Below are positions 15,910 to 24,758 of a stretch of DNA of 39,605 bases, piece by piece. Below the pieces are notes generated by a model, which saw only the letters and a list, made by a program, of their open reading frames with translations, searched no databases and had not been told where the DNA came from. Location: positions 1-39,605 of the forward strand of contig CAZRHU010000003.1 of the NCBI GenBank assembly GCA_964600085.1, given 5' to 3'. The position numbers and the translations under genes were made by a program. This DNA comes from an uncultured Candidatus Saccharibacteria bacterium (GTDB lineage Bacteria; Patescibacteriota; Minisyncoccia; JACQLN01; CAZPCT01). How positions within the stretch are numbered: position 1 is the stretch's first letter; each line of letters opens with the position of its first letter.

Positions 15910-17362
15910 TTTCTTTGGGTTTCATTAGAGGAAATATTTGTTGCTCACGAGCTGATTTATCTGACAAAAAGGCAAAAAGTCTTTCTCCCATTCCGAAACC
16001 AAACGTGGGCGGCATTCCGTATTCAAGCATTTCAACGTAATCCCACTCCGGCATCATAGCTTCTTCATCACCCCCCTCTATTAATTCTTGTTGAAGTTTA
16101 AATCTCTTTTTCTGATCAATTGGATCGTTGAGCTCAGCGTGAGCTCTGCCTAACTCACTACCGGCAATTATAACTTGGAACATTTCTGTAAGATCTTTAT
16201 TTTTAGGGTTTTCTTTAGAGAGAGGGGCAACAAGTTTGGGATGATTGATAAGAAAAGCAGGTCCCGACACTTGTTTCCGACAGTGTTTCCAGAGAGCGTC
16301 AGTTAATCTTTCTCTATTATCTCCCTCAAAAGAAATTTTTAAACTCTTCAACTTCTCTCCCATTTCTTCTTTAGAAGCAGAGAGAACGTCTATGCCAACC
16401 ATCTCTTTAATAGTTGATACGTAATCTAATTCTTTCCAATCATCACTCAAGTCAAAAGTGTGTTCTCTGGTTGAGAATTTTGTTTTACCAAAGACCTCTT
16501 TAGCAATCTTTATAAATAAATCTTTTACCATCTTCTTACCCTCTTCAAGATCCATATAAGCAGCGTAAAACTCCATATTAGTGAATTCTTGAAGATGTTC
16601 CGAGCTAGAACCCTCATTTCTATAAACCCTTCCTATCTCAAAAGTTTTGTTCATTCCAGAGGCTATTAACCTCTTCTGCCACAACTCGCCAATCGATATT
16701 CTTAAATAAACATCAATATCAAAGTCATTGTGGTACGTCTTAAAGGGCTTCGCCTCAGCGCCACCAGTAGTTACTTCTAGAGTCGGAGTTTCTACTTCTA
16801 AAAACTCTTTACTCTCAAGAAAATTTCTTATCACTGACCAAAACTTTGCTTTCTTTTCGAATAATTCTTTTAAATCAGGATTCATAAGAATGTCTAAATA
16901 CCTCTTTCGGAACTTTTCTTCTGAGTCCTGAAGCTTAGCTCGCTTCTCGGGCAGTGGACGAATTGATTTTGCTAACACTTTCCATTTATCAACTTCTAAG
17001 CTCTTCTCGCCTCTTCTTGTTTCTACTGCTCTTCCTTTAATTTCAATAAAGTCGCCAATATCCATTGTTCTATCAAAGAGACTAAAAGAATCTTTATCTA
17101 AAATATCTTCTTTCAAGTATCCTTGAGTCTTGTCGGTGCCGTCGTATAAATCTATAAAGATACTGCCTCCATGCTTTCTTAGAGCTATTATTCGTCCAGC
17201 GAGTATTACATCTCTCTTTTCTGAGAGTTTATTAAAGTCGGTTAAAAAATCGGCAATACTAGTATTGCGCAGAGTTTCAGCAGGATAAGGATTTACCCCT
17301 TCTTCTCTAAGTTTTTTTAATTTTTCTATTCTTGTTTTACGTAATTCTTCTAGAGAAGCCAT
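15902..17362 (-). CDS. lysS: Lysyl-tRNA synthetase, class II
   Basis: N-terminal OB-fold region (NPYP..., GRI...R.HG...F.DL.D) and a class II core (EVETP, YRNEG, GMGERL). It overlaps the serS start by 8 nt. Confidence 0.93.
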   Translation of the reverse strand: MASLEELRKTRIEKLKKLREEGVNPYPAETLRNTSIADFLTDFNKLSEKRDVILAGRIIALRKHGGSIFIDLYDGTDKTQGYLKEDILDKDSFSLFDRTMDIGDFIEIKGRAVETRRGEKSLEVDKWKVLAKSIRPLPEKRAKLQDSEEKFRKRYLDILMNPDLKELFEKKAKFWSVIRNFLESKEFLEVETPTLEVTTGGAEAKPFKTYHNDFDIDVYLRISIGELWQKRLIASGMNKTFEIGRVYRNEGSSSEHLQEFTNMEFYAAYMDLEEGKKMVKDLFIKIAKEVFGKTKFSTREHTFDLSDDWKELDYVSTIKEMVGIDVLSASKEEMGEKLKSLKISFEGDNRERLTDALWKHCRKQVSGPAFLINHPKLVAPLSKENPKNKDLTEMFQVIIAGSELGRAHAELNDPIDQKKRFKLQQELIEGGDEEAMMPEWDYVEMLEYGMPPTFGFGMGERLFAFLSDKSAREQQIFPLMKPKEND

Positions 17363-17415
17363 AAATTTTGTTTTCGGTTTATTTACTCATTTTCTCATCT
17401 TCTCTACTTATAGTC

Positions 17416-17451
17416 AAAAAAAACCGCCCCTCCAAGGGGCGGTTTTTTTTT
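17416..17451. terminator. Bidirectional intrinsic terminator between greA and lysS
   Basis: A8 run, stem CCGCCCC (17424-17430), loop TCCAA, stem GGGGCGG (17436-17442), then a T9 run. Confidence 0.75.
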
Positions 17452-17947
17452 ACCTAATTTTAATTATTTTATACCTCGCCTCCCCTAGCGGAGTGTTCGT
17501 TGAAATTTTATCTCCCTTATTCTTGCCTAAAAATGATTTTCCTAAAGGAGATTCATTAGATATTTTATCGTTGAGAGGGTCGGCCTCATTAGATCCAACT
17601 ATTGTAAATGTATGTTTGTTCCCCTTGCTATCTTTTACTTCTACCGAGTCACCAACTTTTACCACCGATTTTCTACTATTATTTTCTTTAATAACCTCGG
17701 CGTTACGAATCAGGTTTTCTAACTCTTTAATTTTTCCCTCATTAAAAGCTTGCTCTTCTCTCGCTTCTGCGTACTCAGCGTTTTCTGAAAGATCCCCTAA
17801 ATTTTTTGCGTCTTCTATACGACGAGCAATGTCTTTTCTTTTTTCTCCTTTTAATTCTTCTAATTCTTTTTTTACTTCCTCTAATCTATTTGCTGTTAAA
17901 TATTTCTTATCTTTATCGTTCATATTTACATTTAAAAATCTCTCCAA
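17450..17947 (-). CDS. greA: Transcription elongation factor GreA (the real start is probably the ATG at 17923)
   Basis: GDLSENAEYAEAREEQAFNEGKIKELE is the Gre coiled-coil signature. The C-terminal domain is FKBP-like. Confidence 0.9.
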   Translation of the reverse strand: MERFLNVNMNDKDKKYLTANRLEEVKKELEELKGEKRKDIARRIEDAKNLGDLSENAEYAEAREEQAFNEGKIKELENLIRNAEVIKENNSRKSVVKVGDSVEVKDSKGNKHTFTIVGSNEADPLNDKISNESPLGKSFLGKNKGDKISTNTPLGEARYKIIKIR

Positions 17948-17962
17948 ATTAAAAGGAGAGTT

Positions 17963-18802
17963 TTATGACTTATTTTTATTTTTTAATTTATATAATTCAA
18001 TAATATTTTTGAAAAGCATGGTTACTCCTAAAGGTCCCACTCCTCCGGGAACTTTAGCTATAATTTTAAATTTATCTAGACTAGTTTCAAATTTTACATC
18101 ACCATATACTTTTCCGTCAAGTGTGGAAAATCCTGAATCTATAACAGTTGTGTTGGCTGGTAATAAATCTGCTTTCAGAAAATGGGGTTGACCAACGCTA
18201 GAAATAACAATATCTGCATCAAAACAGACCCTTTTTATCTCTTCATCCTCTAACGGATGGGCTAAAACAGTTAGTTGAACCTTCTTCTCTAAAAGAAGTT
18301 TTATTAAAAATCTTCCCACCAGTCTTCCGGCTCCAAACAAAACAACTTTTTTATCTGTTAAATCTAAATTCTCGGATTCTAGAGCGTACATAATAGCTTC
18401 TGCTGTTGGGGGTTTTATCTTGAGGCGGTCATTAAAAAAAAGCCCCACTGACTTATCGGATAATACATCGGGATCTTTTTGGGGAGGTATAACATTCAAG
18501 AGGGCCGGGCTTATATTAGTTGGTAGGGGTAATTGAATAACTATACAATCTATATTCGAGGATTTGGCTATTAAATTTATTTCTTTACGAGCTTCTCTCG
18601 TCTTTAATTTAGGGTTAAAGACGATTTTTTTAAAAACAACTTCTAATTCTTTAGCCACTTCTTCTTTTTTACTTATAAAAGAAGAGTGCTTATCTCCAAA
18701 ACTAACCACTGCTAAAACCGGTTTCTTTTTTAAAACTTTTACTTCTTCTTTTAAATTTTTTAAGAGGTCCTTAGCTAACCTCCGACCATCTATCTTGTTC
18801 AT
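17963..18802 (-). CDS. folD: Bifunctional methylenetetrahydrofolate dehydrogenase/cyclohydrolase
   Basis: Contains VIQLPLP, GAGRLVGRFL (Rossmann fold) and VPGGVGPLGVTML. Confidence 0.9.
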   Translation of the reverse strand: MNKIDGRRLAKDLLKNLKEEVKVLKKKPVLAVVSFGDKHSSFISKKEEVAKELEVVFKKIVFNPKLKTREARKEINLIAKSSNIDCIVIQLPLPTNISPALLNVIPPQKDPDVLSDKSVGLFFNDRLKIKPPTAEAIMYALESENLDLTDKKVVLFGAGRLVGRFLIKLLLEKKVQLTVLAHPLEDEEIKRVCFDADIVISSVGQPHFLKADLLPANTTVIDSGFSTLDGKVYGDVKFETSLDKFKIIAKVPGGVGPLGVTMLFKNIIELYKLKNKNKS

Positions 18803-18804
18803 TC

Positions 18805-19107
18805 CTACTGGTTTAATTCATAGTAAACTCCTCTTCCGGTTTTACCTACTTGCTTTATCACACCTTCTTCTTCTAATTCTTCTAAATATCTTTCAGCTGT
18901 AGTATCCGACACCTCTAAGAATTCTTCTACCATGTCGTTGGTAATCTTTTTTTCTAATTTTATAAAAACTAAGAGTTCGGCTTTTCTTTTATTTTTTTCT
19001 TCTATCTGAGAGCTTACTTCTCGTTTCTTGGTTTCTCTTCGGCGCGCCGAAGAGAAACCAAGAGATAAACCAATTAAAGCAACAATAATTAATAAATAAT
19101 AATTCAT
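18805..19107 (-). CDS. Membrane-anchored winged-helix (wHTH) protein
   Basis: N-terminal TM helix (YYLLIIVALIGLSLGF) and a basic linker. The C-terminal part, ITNDMVEEFLEVSDTTAERYLEELEEEGVIKQVGKTGRGVYYEL, looks like a wHTH domain. Confidence 0.5.
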   Translation of the reverse strand: MNYYLLIIVALIGLSLGFSSARRRETKKREVSSQIEEKNKRKAELLVFIKLEKKITNDMVEEFLEVSDTTAERYLEELEEEGVIKQVGKTGRGVYYELNQ

Positions 19108-19121
19108 ATTAACTATACTTT

Positions 19122-21014
19122 TTAACGATTAAAATACCAGTTTAATATATCATAGGTTATAGGCACAGCTACTTGAGAACCTCCTCCTCCGTGCTCTACG
19201 ATCACAGACATAACTATCTCTGGATTTTTATAAGGAGCAAAAGATGTAAACCAAGCGTGAGGATTCTTTCCTTCTTGAGATTGAGCTGTCCCCGTCTTGC
19301 CAGCTACTTTTACCGGTAAATTTTCTAAAATTCCAGCCGACCCTTCTGTTACAACCATCCTCATTCCTTCTTTTACCGGATTAAGAGAGTCTCTTGAGAC
19401 TATATTTCTTCTTGTTATCTCAGGGGTTGTTGGTGTAAAATCGGTTAAATCTTCGTTGGCTATAGATTTAACTATTCTGGGTTTTAATAAAACACCATCA
19501 TTAGCTATAGCGCTTAATGCTGACGTCATCTGAAGCGGAGTTACTAGCAGATCTCCTTGTCCAATAGAAATATTATAGGTGTCTCCAATAAACCACTCTT
19601 CTCTTCTGTTTTCTTTTTTCCAATTAGGATCTGGGACTATACCTCTTTTTTCACCGGGAAAATCTATATTAGTTAGAGAACCTAAGCCAAATTTCTTTAA
19701 ATACTCTTTTATTAGGTAAGGTCCTAAGCCCTCTATTTCACCGTAACCACCCCCAACAGAGTAGAAAAATACATTTGAGGAGACAGCTAAAGCTTTGCGT
19801 AGATCAACAACGCCGTGCAAACGCCAGTCGTGAAACTCTTGGCCTGCCACACGAATACTACCCGTAACATTAACGGTCGTGTCTTCGTTTATAATATCTT
19901 CTTCTAGTCCTGCTACGGCTATATAGGGTTTTATAATCGAACCAGAAGGATAGAGACCCCCTACCACTCTATTAAAGAGAGGTTTGTCAATATTCTGGAA
20001 GAGGTGTTGGAGATCTTTTTCCTTTATTCCCTCCGAGAACTTATTATTATTATAAAGAGGAAAGCTCTGCATAGCCAATACACCCCCGCTTCTCGGGTCC
20101 ATTACTACTACGGCGCCCCTAGAAAAACCTCTTTCTTGAAAGTGTTTAGAAACAATCTCAGTTACTTTTTTCTGTAAATCGTAATCTATAAATAAAATTA
20201 AATTTTTACCTGATTCTGATGGTTCAGAAGACAGTTCTCTTCCCTCTTGCCCAATAGAAGTTATTTCTTTTTCAGTTTTACCGTATCTACCTCTTAAAAA
20301 ATCTTCGTAGTATAACTCTATACCACTTTTGCCTATCTGATCTGTTAAGAGATAGTTTTCTTTATTTTTCAAATCTTCTAAAGAGGTTAAGCCCGTATAA
20401 CCTAAAATATGTGAGAAGTTTAAGCTCTCCAAATAAACTCTTTTAAAGTCCTCTTCTAGTCTTAATCCCGGCAACTTTTCTTTATTAGCCCTAAAGATAA
20501 TTAACTTTTCTTGAGAGATGTCATTAAAAAGAGGAATCGGTCTAAAAGAAAATCTATCCATATTATTAAATAATGAGACGATCTCTTTTCTTTCTTTTTT
20601 AAAAGTGTTTTGTAAAAAGTTTATTATATCTTCTTGCTTCTCGTAATCTCTAGAAATTTCAGCAGGGATAGCAACTAAATTAAAGATGGACTCATTCTTT
20701 ACTAAAGGTTTTAAGTCGTTAGAGTATATTATACCTCGAGCCGGTTTCTCCCATACCTCTTTTACATAATTATTTTGGGCTATAATTTTAAAACTCTCCT
20801 CATTTAAAATACTTAGGTAAGCTACTTTACCACCGAAAAACAAAAAGATGACTCCCACAAAAAACCAAACTGCTTTTATAAAACGAGGAGAAATACTCTC
20901 TTCTATTCTCTCTTCCCAACTAAAATCATTTTTTTCTAATTGAAAAGAATCGAAGAAGACCTCGTCAACGTGAAGATTTTCGCTTTTTCTTTTTTTAAAC
21001 CACTTCTTTCTCAT
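19122..21014 (-). CDS. mrdA: Penicillin-binding protein 2 (elongasome transpeptidase)
   Basis: SGSIIKP (SxxK), SSN and KTGTA motifs, with an N-terminal TM helix. It lies immediately downstream of mreBCD. Confidence 0.88.
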   Translation of the reverse strand: MRKKWFKKRKSENLHVDEVFFDSFQLEKNDFSWEERIEESISPRFIKAVWFFVGVIFLFFGGKVAYLSILNEESFKIIAQNNYVKEVWEKPARGIIYSNDLKPLVKNESIFNLVAIPAEISRDYEKQEDIINFLQNTFKKERKEIVSLFNNMDRFSFRPIPLFNDISQEKLIIFRANKEKLPGLRLEEDFKRVYLESLNFSHILGYTGLTSLEDLKNKENYLLTDQIGKSGIELYYEDFLRGRYGKTEKEITSIGQEGRELSSEPSESGKNLILFIDYDLQKKVTEIVSKHFQERGFSRGAVVVMDPRSGGVLAMQSFPLYNNNKFSEGIKEKDLQHLFQNIDKPLFNRVVGGLYPSGSIIKPYIAVAGLEEDIINEDTTVNVTGSIRVAGQEFHDWRLHGVVDLRKALAVSSNVFFYSVGGGYGEIEGLGPYLIKEYLKKFGLGSLTNIDFPGEKRGIVPDPNWKKENRREEWFIGDTYNISIGQGDLLVTPLQMTSALSAIANDGVLLKPRIVKSIANEDLTDFTPTTPEITRRNIVSRDSLNPVKEGMRMVVTEGSAGILENLPVKVAGKTGTAQSQEGKNPHAWFTSFAPYKNPEIVMSVIVEHGGGGSQVAVPITYDILNWYFNR

Positions 21015-21020
21015 TTGTTT

Positions 21021-21497
21021 CTACTTTATACTTTTATTTACTTTAAATTTTTTATAAAAAATAAAGTTTAATAATACAGCCAAGATTGTTGTGAGGATAA
21101 AACTAACCACAATAGCCCAATCTAAAAAATTATTTTTAGGATCAAGGATAAAAGTTAATAGCCATAATAAAATACCAAAATCTAAAACGCCAAAAGAAGA
21201 AATTGCCAATGCCTGCCAGGTATCTCTATGAAAAGATTTCGGTAATAGCCATCTTTCAAAAAATAACACTAAGCCTAAAGATAAAGTTATCACCCCTAAA
21301 TTTAATCCCGTAGTTAACCAAAAGAAAGTTAAGACGGCTATGAAAATAATCCAGACCATCCTTTTTTTGCCGAAAGAAAATATAAAAGGTAAAAGAGATA
21401 AGGTAAAAATAGGAAACCAAGCCACACTCCCAATTAAAGGTACTAGTATTAAATCTAACGCTAGAGCAATTATAAAAAATAGATATAAAATTTTCAT
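21021..21497 (-). CDS. mreD: Rod shape-determining protein MreD-like
   Basis: 158-aa polytopic membrane protein directly after mreC. The assignment rests mainly on this position. Confidence 0.6.
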   Translation of the reverse strand: MKILYLFFIIALALDLILVPLIGSVAWFPIFTLSLLPFIFSFGKKRMVWIIFIAVLTFFWLTTGLNLGVITLSLGLVLFFERWLLPKSFHRDTWQALAISSFGVLDFGILLWLLTFILDPKNNFLDWAIVVSFILTTILAVLLNFIFYKKFKVNKSIK

Positions 21498-21498
21498 T

Positions 21499-22293
21499 TT
21501 ACTTTACTATAAAAAGTTGCTTTAAATCTTTAAACTCAAAGAATGGCCTGACCACCGCCTCTTTAAAGCTGGCCGATTCTTCGCTTATAATTCTACTCAC
21601 TTTTCCTATCAATAGACCTCCCGGAATGCCCCCCTCTAAACCAGAGGTTAAGATTAACTCTCCTTCATGTAACTCTGCTTCTTTTTTAACCAGCTCTAAC
21701 CTCAGAGCTCCGCTCGGTGATCCGGTTATAATCGCGTTAACACTACTACTTTCCAAGGTTACTGTAAGCCTGTTTTTTTCAGAAGTTATTAAAGAAACCC
21801 TGCTCGTCTTCTCTTTTACTTTTTCTACCTTACCCACTAAAATCCGACCGCTTATTATAATCGCTTGAGACTCTTCTACTCCATCTTTATAACCTTTATT
21901 AATGGTAAAATTATCACTAGGTTCTAAAGGATTAAAAGACACAACCTGAGCTAGTATGTACTGACTCTCACCCCCTCCTTCTAGATCTAGGGCCTGACGC
22001 AAAAAAGAATTTTCTTTTTCTACTTCTTTAACTTTGAGATACTCTCCTCGGTAAAAATCTCTCTCCTCTCTTATTTTTTCATAATCGCTCAAAAAAAAGC
22101 GAAGAGATAATAGAGATTCAAAAAAATATGTGGTCTCTGAGAAAGTTTTTTGCCCCACACTTGTGACGGGTTTTACAACATAACTCTGGAGACCTTGAAA
22201 GATGTCATCAAAAAAACCTTTTTGATCAAAAAAGAATAAGATGAGACTGGAAAGAAAAAGAATTGATATAAACCGACGGGGAGCTATTTTCAT
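21499..22293 (-). CDS. mreC: Rod shape-determining protein MreC
   Basis: N-terminal TM helix, a coiled-coil region (LKVKEVEKENSFLRQAL) and a beta-rich C-terminus ending in the GGIPGGLLIGKV motif. Confidence 0.8.
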   Translation of the reverse strand: MKIAPRRFISILFLSSLILFFFDQKGFFDDIFQGLQSYVVKPVTSVGQKTFSETTYFFESLLSLRFFLSDYEKIREERDFYRGEYLKVKEVEKENSFLRQALDLEGGGESQYILAQVVSFNPLEPSDNFTINKGYKDGVEESQAIIISGRILVGKVEKVKEKTSRVSLITSEKNRLTVTLESSSVNAIITGSPSGALRLELVKKEAELHEGELILTSGLEGGIPGGLLIGKVSRIISEESASFKEAVVRPFFEFKDLKQLFIVK

Positions 22294-22298
22294 AAAAC

Positions 22299-23360
22299 TT
22301 ATTCCTCTGGCGTTGTTTTATTTTCGACATTAACAACTACGTCCTTAAATTTATCTATCTCTTCTAAGACAATACCCGTTCCTCTAACCACTGTGGTTAG
22401 GGGGTCCTCTGTTATTCTTACCGAAATTCCTGTCTCGGTGCTTATTAATTCATCGAGTCCGGAGAGCATACTTCCTCCACCGGTAAGAATTATCCCTCTT
22501 TTCATAACGTCTGAAATTAACTCGGGAGGCGTCTCTTCTATCGTTTCTTTAATGTTACTAATGAGGTTGTTTATGGACTTTTCTAAAGCTTTTCTAACCT
22601 CTTCAGAGGTTAGTTTTATTTCTTTTGGAAGACCGGTTACTAAATCCCTACCCCTTACAGAAATTTCTTTCTTCTCAGCCTCTTTTACAGCGCTTCCCAC
22701 TTCTATCTTAGCTTTTTCAGCACTTCTCTCACCCAATAAAACATTAGAGTTTTCTCTAACTGACTGAATTATATCATCATTAAACTTATCGCCGGCCATC
22801 CTAAGACTCTTAAAAGTTACCATTCCTCCCAAAGATATAATAGCTATCTCCGTTGTTCCTCCGCCAATGTCAACAACCATATTTCCCAGAGCTTCAAATA
22901 TTGGTAACCGAGCTCCTATACAGGCAGCCATCGGTTCTTCTATTAGGTAAACTTCCCGAGCTCCGGCATTTAAAGCTGCTTCCTCCACGGCTTTTTTCTC
23001 TACTTCAGTTATTCCCGACGGAATACCGATAACAACCCTGGGGCGAGGTAATAAGTAACTTCTTTCTTCTTGAATTTCTTTAAAAAAGTAACGTAACATC
23101 TGCTCGGTAACATCAAAGTCCGAAATAACACCCGACCTTAGAGGTTTTATGGCTGTTATGTGGCTCGGCGTTTTTCCTATCATTTTTTTAGCCTCTCTTC
23201 CTATGGCTAAAAGTTGTCCTGTTTTTTTATTTACAGCCACCACAGATGGTTGATCAATAACTATTCCTCTTTCTTTAACATAAACCAAGGTATTAGAAGT
23301 TCCTAAATCAACCCCTACATCTTTACCAAACCGACCAAGAAAAGAGTCTAAAAACTTCAT
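22299..23360 (-). CDS. mreB: Actin-like rod-shape protein MreB
   Basis: Contains DLGTSNTLVY, VVDIGGGTTE and ILTGGGSML, and heads the mreBCD-mrdA cluster. Confidence 0.92.
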   Translation of the reverse strand: MKFLDSFLGRFGKDVGVDLGTSNTLVYVKERGIVIDQPSVVAVNKKTGQLLAIGREAKKMIGKTPSHITAIKPLRSGVISDFDVTEQMLRYFFKEIQEERSYLLPRPRVVIGIPSGITEVEKKAVEEAALNAGAREVYLIEEPMAACIGARLPIFEALGNMVVDIGGGTTEIAIISLGGMVTFKSLRMAGDKFNDDIIQSVRENSNVLLGERSAEKAKIEVGSAVKEAEKKEISVRGRDLVTGLPKEIKLTSEEVRKALEKSINNLISNIKETIEETPPELISDVMKRGIILTGGGSMLSGLDELISTETGISVRITEDPLTTVVRGTGIVLEEIDKFKDVVVNVENKTTPEE

Positions 23361-23370
23361 ATTTTAAGAA

Positions 23371-24600
23371 TTAATTTAGCTTTTCTAATAATTTGTCTGT
23401 CTTTATTAATTTTTTTTCTGATTCAGATCGTTTCTTTAATTCAACCGAATCATCTTCTAGTGTTTTATCGCTAACGACAATCCTGAGAGGGATGCCTATT
23501 AAATCAGCTTGAGCAAATTTTTCACCAGCAGAAACATCTCTTCTATCATCGTAAAGAACGTCCACACCGCTACTTCTCAAATCTTTATAGAGTTCTTCTC
23601 CTTCTTCTCGTTCATTTAGTGAAATTAAATGAACGAGAAACGGCGCGACACTCTTAGGCCATAAAATACCGTTTTTATCATTAAATGTTTCAGCGATAGC
23701 CCCTATTAAACGGGATGTTCCTATACCATAACTAGCATACCAGTACGGCTTATTATTGCCATCCTTGTCAGTAAAATCAGCTTTCATTTTTTCGGCATAC
23801 ATAGTTCCTAGCGGAAATATGTTTCCTACCTCAATAGATCGCGACCTCTTAACTCTACCGCCACAGCCGGGACAATTATCACCTTCTTTTACTTTAGCTA
23901 TTTCTTTATTTTCAGCCCAGTCACAGCCGTCACAATAAAAAATTGTATCTTCGCCGTTTTCTGATAAGAGTTGAAATTCTCTAGTGTTGCCCTTCGTAAA
24001 AACTCCCCCACCCGCTTCTGTGGTTTTTATCTCTAAACCCATTCTCTTAAATATTTTCATATAAGCGTCCGAAACTTGTTCGTAATAATCAAACATATCT
24101 TCTTCTGAGGTGTGTAAGGAATAGAGATCTTTCATTAAAAACTCTACCCCCCTAAGAAGCCCTGAACGAGACCTCAATTCGTTTCTAAACTTGGTTGAAA
24201 AGTGATAGAGTTTTAAAGGAAGGTCCTTATAACTAAAATTTCTTTTACGAACTATATCCATCACAACTTCTTCGTGCGTAAAAGAGAGACCGTAATCTTT
24301 ACCATTTTTTTCCAGTTGAAACATTACTTCTTTCGCCGTATCCCACCTATCGGTAGCTTCCCAGATGTCTTTCGGGTGCATTAAGGGCATTAACATCTCT
24401 TGAGCACCCGTTTCGTTTAATTCTTCTCTGATAATACTTTCTATCTTATCTAAAACTCTAAAACCAAGAGGTAAGAGAGTGTAAGATCCAGCCATTAATT
24501 TATCTATAAATCCACCCCTTAGAAGAAATTGGGCGCTAATCGAAGCTTCGTCTTTTGGGTTTTCTTTTTGAGTCTTTAAAAATAATTGGGATTGTCGCAT
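23371..24600 (-). CDS. proS: Prolyl-tRNA synthetase, bacterial type, lacking the INS editing domain
   Basis: The N-terminus MRQSQLFLKTQKENPKDEA...LLRGGFI...AGSYTLLPLGFRVL and the C-terminal anticodon-binding domain are colinear with bacterial ProRS. The protein is only 409 aa. A CDGC...CPGC segment sits where INS normally is. Confidence 0.85.
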   Translation of the reverse strand: MRQSQLFLKTQKENPKDEASISAQFLLRGGFIDKLMAGSYTLLPLGFRVLDKIESIIREELNETGAQEMLMPLMHPKDIWEATDRWDTAKEVMFQLEKNGKDYGLSFTHEEVVMDIVRKRNFSYKDLPLKLYHFSTKFRNELRSRSGLLRGVEFLMKDLYSLHTSEEDMFDYYEQVSDAYMKIFKRMGLEIKTTEAGGGVFTKGNTREFQLLSENGEDTIFYCDGCDWAENKEIAKVKEGDNCPGCGGRVKRSRSIEVGNIFPLGTMYAEKMKADFTDKDGNNKPYWYASYGIGTSRLIGAIAETFNDKNGILWPKSVAPFLVHLISLNEREEGEELYKDLRSSGVDVLYDDRRDVSAGEKFAQADLIGIPLRIVVSDKTLEDDSVELKKRSESEKKLIKTDKLLEKLN

Positions 24601-24684
24601 AATATTATTCGTTTAAATGTTTACTTTCTAATAAAATATAGCATCTAAATCTCTAATCCCGCAACAATAATTCATCGTAATAAT

Positions 24685-24720
24685 AAACGGCTCACCGTTA
24701 ATCAATGGGTTGAGCCGTTT
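24685..24720 (-). terminator. Intrinsic terminator downstream of rseP
   Basis: AAACGGCTCA (24685-24694) pairs with TGAGCCGTTT (24711-24720). Both flanks are A/T-rich. Confidence 0.6.
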
Positions 24721-24758
24721 ATTTTATATTTTTATCTTAATTTAAGGGCTTGGGTAAC

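Noticed and set aside
17363-17449. T-box or other riboswitch leaders upstream of the aminoacyl-tRNA synthetase genes (lysS, proS, alaS, serS)
   Set aside because: The upstream spacers are only about 30-160 nt, AT-rich, and contain at most one terminator hairpin belonging to the preceding gene. That is too short for a T-box, and no specifier or T-box motif was seen.
17965-18003. A short plus-strand ORF starting MTYF, the same first four residues as the GIY-YIG protein
   Set aside because: It is the reverse complement of the folD C-terminal codons (…KLKNKNKS). The similarity is limited to about 12 nt of AT-rich sequence and is coincidental.
17493-18191. 232-aa plus-strand ORF spanning greA and folD
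   Set aside because: It is antisense to two well-supported genes. Its composition is low-complexity and S/F/L-rich, typical of the shadow frame of AT-rich coding sequence. The same reasoning applies to the other antisense track ORFs: 895..1185, 2517..2699, 2959..3156, 5759..5947, 8911..9138, 10139..10327, 11450..11650, 11913..12164, 15575..15844, 16728..16931, 18564..18902, 19297..19533, 21340..21525, 21626..21868, 22393..22767, 23756..23938, 24787..25047, 27576..27773, 29136..29465, 29499..29822, 30205..30607, 30797..31132, 31242..31472, 31532..31789, 32255..32440, 34111..34323, 34534..34782, 35664..35849, 36173..36575 and 38530..38760.
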